A stretch of 64,000 nt of DNA from the human T2T-CHM13v2.0 reference genome, Homo sapiens. How positions within the stretch are numbered: the stretch's first letter is position 1; each line of letters starts with the position of its first letter. The stretch lies in assembly GCF_009914755.1 (NCBI RefSeq), contig NC_060931.1; one strand, given 5' to 3'. A program made the translations under genes and the position numbers. The notes beneath the pieces are model-generated. The model had not been told where the DNA came from and searched no databases. It worked only from the letters and a program-made list of their open reading frames with translations. Shown here piece after piece: positions 1-10,000 of this stretch.

Positions 1-600
1 TCCATCTGAGAAAAAGAGAATCCACATTGCTGGATATCCACAATTGTCAGACTTGGTGATGGGAAGGTAATAAACCTTATTCACTTAATCTTTACAAATA
101 AACCTTTGATCATTCTGATTCTACCCATTTTTAACTCTCTCTTACATAAAATATTCCAAATGAAGAAGAGTTCTACTGATAAATTAATAAAAATCACTGT
201 CCACATGCCACCTTTCATTAAAATGTACACTTCTTCCTGTGCTTTTGCTAAATCATGATGAAAATACAGTATTACTAAGTCATACCTAGGGAGCAAGCTT
301 AAACCCAGAAGAAATAAATTCTGACTGTGTTTGTGTCTCTTGGGATTTTTTTTTTCTGTGGAGTAAAGTGAAAGATTTAAGGAAACAGGCGGTAATGTTT
401 TTCCATTTTTACTCAGAGCTAAACAATTAAATTTGTAAGAGTAAGTAGGCTGCAAGATAAAACTGTCCGGTTACGTAAATGTCAACAAATAAAATTTGAT
501 ATCAGACTGACAGGGTCTTGAAAAATACCCAAAACAAATAAAATATCATTCCATATTTGGCTGTGAGCAAACAAAAAGTACAATATAGTGCTTGGATATA

Positions 601-873
601 TTTTATGGGTCGAATTTTGTCTCCTCCAAAAAAATGATATATTGGAGTCTTAACCCTTGATATCTCAAAATGTGAACCTATTTGAACATAGGGTCTTTAC
701 AGAGGTAATCAAGTTAAAATGAGGTCATTAGAGTAGGCCTAAATCAATATGGTAGTATCCTTATAAAAGGGAAATTTGGGAACAGAGGTAGACACATACA
801 GAAGGAATACATTTCTGTTGTTGAAGCCACCCAGTTTGTGGTACTGTTATGAGAGCGCTAGCAAACTGATACA
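601..873 (+). mobile_element. MaLR solo LTR, MLT1A/B-like, internally deleted
   Basis: atagggtctttacagaggtaatcaagttaaaatgaggtcattag near 5' end; atttctgttgttgaagccacccagtttgtggtac...gcaaactgataca terminus. Confidence 0.75.
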
Positions 874-1504
874 ATGCATGAGCAATAACAACAAAATGAT
901 CCTAGTGGTAGGAAGTCAAGCATGAAACCTGCCTCTCTGATTCATCCTGTACCTTTACAGTTTATCACCACGTCTGGAAAAGAGTAATGAATAAGGTAAT
1001 GAGTGAAAACAAGCAAGAATTGAATTTTAAAAACGTATAAACCTAATTGATGGAGATTTAAACTGGAATTTTAAGGACAGAAGAGGAAATGCCAAGATTT
1101 AAAAAAATCAAGCATGACACTGAATTAAGAATAAATAATTAGGAAATGTTTAATATGTCTCAGCAGAAACTAATAAAAGGATAAGAACTATGAAATATAG
1201 AGTCAGGGCACGGGTTTAGTAAGGAGCCATCATAAAATCACTAGACTACTCGGGGACTTGTCTTATCTGTAAGGGCTTGCTAGTAGCTAAACACCATTCA
1301 ACCTGTATTCAGTGTTTCAGATGCCTATATAAAAATAAACAAAGTGAAAGTGATACTTTAAATAAGGGACATATTAACTTAGATTATCAACAAGACTTGC
1401 TAAGATTTCATTGTCCAAGTACAGCAATGAAAAGATAAGCAGCCAGAGTCTTTTCAATATAAATCTTTTCCCATTCCTTCTATGATTATAATCTTCCCTT
1501 TAAT

Positions 1505-2170
1505 AAATTTATTCAATCAATGTTGAGCACCTACTTCATGCCAGGCACTAGTCAGGCATTTAGGACTATAGTGGCAAGAGAAGCAAAATTCCTGCTCTTG
1601 TAGAGCTTATATTCTACTGGAGAAGAAAGATAATATTCAATTAAATACACAATATAATGTATTTAATAAGTAATATATACAAATTTAGAGGCAGAAATAG
1701 AGATTTATAGTAATAAGCAGACTTCTTTAGAGAACAAATTAAGAAAAGTCTCTCTGTGGAGGTAAAATTTGAGCAGAAATCTGTATGTAGGAGTCAGCAT
1801 ACGTATATCTGGGGAGATAGAGGCACAGACTCGTGCCCTGGGTGGGGGCAAGGTTGGCCCATCCAAAGAACAGCATGGCCTGTGGTCGGAGCAGAGTGAG
1901 GAGGGGAGAAAGTCTGGAGAGTGATCAATGAGGTCATGAAACAAGCAGAGATCACATCACATATAGCCTTGTTAAGAAATTTCTAATATATTTTGAATTT
2001 GATGAGATCCTAATAGAGTTTAAACTGTGCTGCAAGTAACATAATCTGATGTACATTTTAGAAAATCACTTAGGAGCTGTTTAGAGAACTGATGGCAGTA
2101 AGGGCAAGTGTAGAAGGAGCCTAAGGGCTGTGCACATTGTAAATAAAAGATGATGGTGGCTCTGGTCTAT
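1505..2170 (-). mobile_element. L2 LINE 3' fragment
   Basis: ttattcaatcaatgttgagcacctacttcatgccaggcact...cctgctcttgtagagcttatattcta L2 3'-end signature; boundaries approximate. Confidence 0.7.
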
Positions 2171-4482
2171 GATCCTCATAGCCACAGGAAGTAAATCCAA
2201 ACTTTGTAAGGCAGCAGATTAGATCTCCAGTGATCTGGCCCTCACTTGCCTTTCTGATTGTATTTACAGTAAACCCTTTTCTCCCCCTCTTTGCTTTATG
2301 TCTGTTCATCAATCTGAAACTTTGTCCATTTATTCCCTCTAGTTACAATGACCTCCATTTTTCTCTCCATGGTCCAGCAGAGGTCTCAATCTTCATGACT
2401 CAGACCTCTTCTTTGCAACCTCTCCTGACACTTTCAGGAGAACAGATTGATTCAGAATCTGACAGAGTATAAAACTTATCTTTTACAGTGTATTATGTGT
2501 GTCACTGTGTTGTTTCAGTGCCTACTGAGTGGTGTAAGTTTTTTAAATCTTACTGGTCTGTGAAAATTAACAACCTGTAAACTACTGAGCTAGCCTTCTT
2601 AAATTCACATCACTATGAATATCCCTAAGAAAATTATTTTTTTAGTATAGTTAATACTTAGTAATTCACACTCATAATTAAGAAATTAATTTATTTACTT
2701 TAAAATAGACTCAAAGTATGTCTAGACATTTGCCTAGAAATTATAAAATTCACATCTTAGACTCATAGTCTCTAGAGTGTTAACAACACTGCCTGTGTAT
2801 AAAATGATCTACCTGTGCATGTAATAAGACAATACCTTTGAATCTGTATACAACTATTCCATATTAAAGAATGCATTTAACTTGACCAACTGGAAAAAAG
2901 AACCAATGAATTGTGCTTTGAGGCTCAAAACACCTAGGGTTTTTCAGATTCTGGGTATTATTTGGTAATTCTACTCAACTTCCTTTATGATTAGCTTATC
3001 AATATTTCTGACACAATCAGTAATACAACCTTTACAACCCATTGTATCAATTTCCAAGTGGATACATTTCCAAATCCAAAGTGAATACTTTGTGAGGAAA
3101 AAAATATTGATAACTTGAGACTCTTTTTTAGCTGAGCTCATTTGAATTAAGGGTACAGGGATACATATTATGTAAATAGTCAATATTCCACCTGGAAAGC
3201 CTGTTCTTTCTAATAACAGAAGTCTTCACTATTACTTTGAAAATACTGCCAAAAATCATATTTCAAAGTTGTTCACATAACTCTTTAAGTGAATTTCTAG
3301 GCCAAACCTATAAAAATATATACCTACACATTATATAACTAACTTAAAAATCACTTTTCAACTATATTAATAGATTAAATTCTGGAAACAACACTATGCA
3401 TAAAATAATTCTCTGTATACTGGATGAAATCTCAATACAACAGAGGTTTCCTGATTCTACAGCTATTACCTCCCTCCTTGACATGAAGACAGTTTTAGTT
3501 TTAGCTTATACTACTTTGAGAAAAAAAAAAACGTAATAACGCAATTCTACTAGAAAACTAGAAAACATAAATAAATTTATAATTTACTATTATGACCATT
3601 GATGTCTATATACCTACAAGTAGACTTACAGTCATATATCATGACATATTTTTCAGCCCACAGCCAGTGTTTAACACATATGGGTCAATGGAAATGTAAC
3701 ACCATCTCAGAAAAACCTACTTAGAAACTTCAGGGTTCAAAACCTAGAGCTCAGTAATCATGCATTAGGGGAACTTCTAATTTGAACAGAAGTCTTGTTC
3801 TAAATTGAGCTATTATATCTATCAATCACTTTCTGAATAGTTATGTATATTAGATTTTCTTAAGTAGGAAATATCTGCTTTAGAGCTGATTATGCACATT
3901 TCTTATTCTCTGTTATAGAGATCTTCACAGATACATCTGTATATGTTCTTCTCCCCTTGAAGCATACCTATATATTTGAAAATAATTAATTTATATTATT
4001 AAAAGAAACATGAAAAATTATTTTTGCTTCTGTGAGCACTAGGATTAAGGTTTACCTGAGTTTAGATTAATAAAGTTGCCAGAAATAAAATAAGCATGGA
4101 TGGACTATGATGATTATATCACACTTTTATCTGCCTGCCTCAGAAATGTTCTCTTTTGACCAGTAAGTGTTCCAAGCCTTTTAATGAAAACATTCTGGCT
4201 GGAAGAAGAGGATACTGACCAGATAATTTCTAAGGGCTTTCCCACTAAACATCCATGGTCTAAATTCATAGTCACCTTTTGCATTATCTGTTTAATGTTT
4301 CCTATCATGCCTGAAAATGAATATTAATTATGTTTACTGAAATCACAGCTACAGTTGATATTTGGGAGATTTCGATATAAGAATAAGACTTTCAATTTCA
4401 TTGTCTTAAAATAATAAACTCATTTTGCTTCACATAATGTGTTTTCTTTCTTTGGTATTTTTAAGTGAATGTATGGTTTCCT

Positions 4483-4553
4483 ACACACACACACACACAC
4501 AAGCGCACACACACACGTGTGCACACACACACGCACACACACATATACACATA
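4483..4553. repeat. Interrupted (CA)n microsatellite (UG-rich on the transcript)
   Basis: acacacac...gcgcacac...cgtgtgcacac. Confidence 0.9.
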
Positions 4554-4701
4554 TATAGTGTAAATTTCTAAGGCAATAATCTTCACCCTAATCTAGTATT
4601 AGGTTTCTAAGGTACCAGGAGCCTGATCGCCTCCTAAAAGTCTGAAAACACATGATTAATAACTCATCCATTGCCTTCCAACTGAAAAGAATCACTCTTA
4701 C

Positions 4702-6716
4702 CGTATAGCCCTCGGTATACTGAAAAGGAGCCCTGGAACTTTCGTCTGCTGTTGGACTCAGAGGCTTGGGGTCAGACATAGAACGCTGCATCATCTTGGC
4801 TGTCTTAGGACTTGCTGGGGGAACTTTAGCCATATCTGGATGCAGTACTTTCTGTGGACTTATATCATCAGGGAGGGGTTTTTCATAAGGTACAAAGGCT
4901 GATTCTAAGGCTTTGCCTGGTGAAAGTGGTGAGATGGGTGAGTAAAGGACTTTGGGGGATTTGGGTGGGGAAGGAGCCAGCTGTACTGTGGAATCTGCCC
5001 GGAGGTGAGATGAATAACCAATCTCTAAAGGTGTTGGGCGTTTCTTGTCTTTGGGTGGAGATGTGGCACTCAGATATTGAGGACTTTGTGTGTCTGAATC
5101 TGCTTCTGTTTGACATCCTAAACTGCCCCCTTTGTAAGTCTTTTCAGGTGCTGAAATGTGTTTAATTATTTCTACCTTGGCATCCACTCGTGCCCGTATG
5201 GAGGGTGTTCTTATGGTTCCAACTGGTTCAGTTTGCACAGATATCTCTGCTACCGTTTGAACTGCTATGCTGGAGACTTTGGAAAGGGGTTTGGTCTTGT
5301 CAGCCTCTGTCATGCTGTCACCATATTTCCCTACACGAGCTTTCCTCCTTGATCTAGTAGGCATATCCCACTCATCCTGATCTTCATCATCAGTTTGGAC
5401 GCTTGTATCCACACTCTTTTTAGTTCTCCTTCTCCTACTCACATAGCTCCGATCTGTGGCATCTTCGTCATCCGTTTGTACACCACTGTCCACTATCTTT
5501 TTAAAACTTCGGGGATCATCTGTCATATTTTCTCCCATGTCATCATACTGTCCTCGGACTTTAGCTCCAGAACTTCTCTTTTTGGGTTGTTTTTCCTCTT
5601 TCACAACAACATCTGTTAGAGGTATTTCTGAAACAGTGCTCAGGATACCAGGTGGGGCAATGTACTGAGTAACACCATCAGACTGAACGGTGTACCATCC
5701 TTGGCTTTGTGGTATTTCAATTGCCACAACAGCTGAAGCTGTGGTGGTTGCATCTTCAGTTGCCCAAAATTGACTGCCTTCCAGAGCAGCATACTGACCT
5801 TCCAAAATTGCCTGCTCTGTAGTGGTTTGTGGAGAAGCAGTTCCAGAAGGGTCATAGTTATACTGGTAGATCTGCCGAATCTTTTGCTCCTCCAGCTGCT
5901 GGTGAAGCTGTTGTTGCAGCTGTTGGATCTGCTCAAGCTGTAACTGTTGCTGAGCTAACGTCTCCTGCCTCATCATGAACTGGGCTTGCCGCTCTTCTTC
6001 TTGCTGAAAGAGAAGGTGTTGCTTCATAGACTGCAGCTCCTCCAACTTTTTCTGAACCATGATCTTTTCTTGTTCTCGGAACCTTTGAATTTCCTGACGT
6101 TCCCACTCCAATTCCTCAGCAAAGCGCTGTTGCTTAATTTTCTCCAGTTCCAGGAGCTCACGCTCCAAGTCTAGCTGCTGCTGTTGTTTATCTTCTTCAG
6201 GGACAATTAAAAGAGCACTTTCATCTCCCACCACTTCAGGAAACACTTCGGATGCTGTGGTTAAAGTGGGAACAGAGTCTATCGTCTCAGCAGTAAGAGA
6301 CTCCATAGTAATAGTTTGCAAACTGGCACTGATATCAATACCAGTTACTGCAATGTCCGTTTCAGATGCACCTGTTGTTATAAAATATGATCTAGGCATT
6401 GGCTGGCTATGGTGCATGGCAGGTAATGAAGTCACTGCATCAGCCGTATGAATACCAGACAAATCCCTCACTGTGGTGCTGAAAATGGAGCCAGGTTGTG
6501 TGGTGATAGCAAATGTAGAGGGTGTTGGAGTTGCTACTGAAGAATAGACAACACCATTAGATGACCTCAAAACACTCCCCACACAATACTGGGGTCCTGG
6601 TGGTGGTGTCATTCTTGCTGTGGAATACTGTGGGGTACTAATCCCAGCTCCTGAAATGACTTGTCGTGTTTCTGGATATGGACCTGTAGTCTTGCTTGAA
6701 TAATCCATTACCTCAC
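4702..6716 (-). CDS. PCLO: Piccolo coding exon 6 (2015 nt, phase 1/0): (G)EVMDYSS to QYTEGYT; Gln/Glu-rich coiled coil and Piccolo-Bassoon homology segments
   Basis: Acceptor ctctgccctgtatttcag|GTGAGG (AG at 6718-6717); donor ACG|gtaaga (GT at 4701-4700); 1+2015 divisible by 3; the CGA codon at 5190-5188 computes to Arg3542, matching the recalled PCH3 nonsense site. Confidence 0.96.
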
Positions 6717-6815
6717 CTGAAATACAGGGCAGAGTTATAGTCCAGTTCCCAGAATGAATGATGCTTTTTGAGTTTGAAAACCCTCTCATCTTGATGAACA
6801 TAATGAATGAGACTG

Positions 6816-6884
6816 CATGCAAATCCACAGGGTAACCTAATTATATGCGGAATGAAAGCAATGTTGAACATGCAGGCGCATGCA
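6816..6884 (-). promoter_or_regulatory. Cluster of three sense-strand UGCAUG (RBFOX-type) splicing elements
   Basis: Plus-strand catgca at 6816-6821, 6869-6874 and 6879-6884; function inferred from motif only. Confidence 0.6.
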
Positions 6885-7010
6885 GTGATTTTGAGCAGAA
6901 CAAATTTTTTTTAAAATGAAGGAACAAAAGCGCACTTGTACTCCAAAATATGCTGCTATAACATCCAAAGAAAGAGAAAAAGTAACAAAACTGGAAAAGA
7001 AGCCACATTT

Positions 7011-7081
7011 TCATCCTGAAATGAGATGAGGAACACCATAATGATATTTCAAGGAAAGGTCTGCTGCCACATCATACTGAC
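7011..7081 (-). CDS. PCLO: Piccolino-specific C-terminal tail encoded by retained intron 5: (G)[22 protein letters not shown]
   Basis: Exon 5 frame reads through the donor to TGA at 7013-7011; retention of intron 5/6 is the established origin of Piccolino; tail resembles the recalled mouse Piccolino tail (GQYDVA...HYGV.HL.SG). Confidence 0.8.
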
Positions 7082-10000
7082 CTGTAGTAACTCTCCCTGA
7101 AGTCAGATCTACTGCTGTGTCAGTTCCTTCAGAATAATCAAAAGCATTCTTACTTTTATAGAAAAAATGTCCAGCTTCTGCTAAATTTGTGTCAGACATG
7201 GAAGGCTTCATTCCCCCAATCCCTCTATAACCATATGGCCCTGATCGATCATACTGATAGTGGTCATCCCTATAACCAAAACGATCCTCAGGAAGAGTAG
7301 TTGCAGGCTGCTGTGCTGTGCAGCTCCTTCCAAATGGTAATTTATAAACCACATCACAGCACACAGCTCTTCTCCCTGCGGTTAAATCAACGGGTTTTTC
7401 ATCATCTTCTATTATTTTGGTCATCACACTTGAAGTAGACTCATCCATTGTTACGACTGTTCTGTGAGACTTGGTTGTACTGAGATCCACTACTTCCCCA
7501 TCAGTGATTCCCTGGGATACGGTGCTATCAGTCCATCCATTTGTGACACCAACAGGAGGCACAGTGACAGGTTTTGTAATAGCCAATGTCACTGCATGTG
7601 CTGGAGTACCTAGAGATAAGTTTATTGGTGCTTCTTCCCTAGCTATAGGAAAGACCTGGTCACTTGGTATCCTGTATGGGGGCTCAGCATGCTTTGATGT
7701 TGTAAGTTGGAGTGGTGTTGTCATTGCATGTTCTGCACCCACTAGGCTTTCTGTGCCTGTAGTGTAACTTGCACTAGCTGTGCATGTGACAAAGGTCACT
7801 GTCTCAGTGGCCAGAGATACAGGAGTCACTATTGATGATGTCACACTAAGATTTATAATAGAGGGTTGGACAGCACTAATTTGTTTCCCATAAACTTCAT
7901 TTGCTGTGATCTGCCTTTTCACATCCATTGTAGAAGCAGAAAGATCAATACATTTATCAGTTGTTTTAACTTCTACCTTTGGTACTGTACGCAAATCAAT
8001 TACATCACCAACAAGTTGCAATTTTCCATCTTCTTTATACTGAGGCTTCTCTAAATGTATGTTATCTAGAGCAAGAGGCTCTGGAGGAATTGTTATGGAA
8101 ATGCTGCTGAGACCAACACTAGGAGCTGTACTTCTGGTTGCTGAAACCTCAGTCTTGGAAACTTCAGTAGTGAGAAACTGTGTAACTGATGTGGGAGCTG
8201 CTTGAAATGAAGAGGGTGCTGTGACAGGGGTAGCAGAAAATGTCTGTAAAGCTCCAGAGATGTAGAAGGTCTGTTCTGAAGAAATTGGAATTTCTACAGC
8301 TGTCACAGGAGGAACTACAGAAAACACAGGTTCAACAGAAACCAGATCTTTGGAGGGTGATCCCAAGGGCCAACTGGTAATTGCTTGACTAGCAGAAGAA
8401 TCTGTTGGAGTCCCTGGTTCAGATGGCAATGTAATAACTACATAAGTTTCTGTGAGGGATTTGGAAAATCTTGGTGAAGACTTGTTGGAGTGTGGGGAAA
8501 GTGGGGAGGTAGGGGAAGGCAATTTATAATCTGCTGAAGTCACTAAATTTAAGGTCATACTTGAAGTTAAAGATAGGCCTGTTGGTTTGGGGTGTATATC
8601 TGTTGGTTTTTGTGTAGTTGTTGGAAGCTGAGGAATCACTGGTTTGGGGGCGATTGGAGGTTTGCTTGGCTCAGGCCTGTGGGTAAATACAAGTCCAGAT
8701 GGAATTGAAGATGGCTTAGGAGGAACAGGAGGAGGTGCAGTAGTACATATTCTTGTAACAGGTAATCCATTACTTCTCAGAACAGCTGTGGTCTCTAGAG
8801 TAGTAACAGCATCAAACAGAGGTGTAGCTGTAGTCACTGGAGATGCAACTGTTAACTTTTTTTTAGGAAGAATAGTTGGTTTAGGTGAAGTTGGTGGAGG
8901 AAGTGGTGGGGGAGGAGGGGGTGGTGGTGGAGGAGGAGGAGGAGGGGGAGGGGGAGGAGGGGGAGGAGGTTGAGCTGATATATCCAAAGAAGAACTTCTA
9001 AAGAATGGGCGAGGTTTAGCTGGAAGAGAGGAAACAGAAGGACTGCCAGATGGTAACTGAGATGCAGGTTTTTCCTGACCAAAGGTCTCTCCAGATGTAA
9101 AGTATGTAGTTGAAAGCTGCTCTTTCATTGGAAGGGCTATTACAGAAGAAGGTGGGTGATCAAACACGGTTTCGGATAAGCTACTTTTTGTTCGTTCGGC
9201 CTCCAACTCCTTTTTATCTCTGTAAGCTTCCAAAACTTCCAGAATGATTCCATTCCCAGTTTCCTTCTTGGCTTTCTTCACTGGGTCCTTTTCAGATATA
9301 AGTAAGTCAGTAGAAACAGTGTCAGCAACTGGCCCTTCAGGTTTAGGTACTACAGATTCTATGATAGAAGATGCCATATCAGATAAGGAAATAACAATAT
9401 GATCAGCACTAGCTCTACCATCTGGTGGGGCAGTCCGATCTAAAGATACACTTATTTCTTCTGGATAGTCTATAATGCTGCCTGGAAAATAAGTTGATGA
9501 AGAAATTTCCTCAGAATCTTCAAATTTAGTTATCATGTCCACTGGCTCTGTATAAACTGTGGTTATGCTATCCAGGGTAGTAATGGGTGAAGAGCTATCT
9601 GTGGTACAGACCGAAGAAACAGATGATGTGAGAGAAGGTGTGTCAGAGGGTGGGACAGATGTAGCACTTTCTGAAGGCTCCGAGTAGGTCAAAATCAGCG
9701 ATTCATGGGCAATTATCTCTTGAATTTCTCTTGTATAATCGGTTACATATTCATCCTCAATTTCTTCTGTTGAAAAATGTTGGGTTATTTTAACATCTGG
9801 GATAGAGAGTGTTGCACTGCTGGTCGAATCTGTAAGAGACGCTCCTGAGAGAACACTTGATGTCAAAGAGGCATCTGGCATTCTGTCAAAGTCCATGGTG
9901 GACTCTGTCATATCCTCACCAATGGGGGCCTGGGTTGGGCTAGATCCAGGTGTTAATTGCATCTGTTGCCTCTTCATAAGTTCTTCATAGGCAGCATCAG

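Larger units (their letters stand above)
6717..7081 (-). other. PCLO: Short (365 nt) retainable intron 5
   Basis: GT at 7081-7080 and AG at 6718-6717 between two very large exons. Confidence 0.93.

Noticed and set aside
4588-4701. Read-through tail VRVILFSW... after exon 6
   Set aside because: A consensus donor ACG|gtaaga is present; no support for retention of this long intron
5773-5775. Ser codon in LEGSQFW possibly differing from the reference protein
   Set aside because: My recall of the reference residue is not reliable; needs alignment to NM_033026
6717-6828. N-terminal extension MDLHAVSF... of ORF 4588..6828 as an independent protein start
   Set aside because: Intronic sequence that happens to be in frame before the exon 6 acceptor; no promoter evidence
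7014-7035. Acceptor-like cctcatctcatttcag| within intron 5
   Set aside because: Only about 66 nt from the donor, at the lower limit of intron size, and overlaps the Piccolino tail codons
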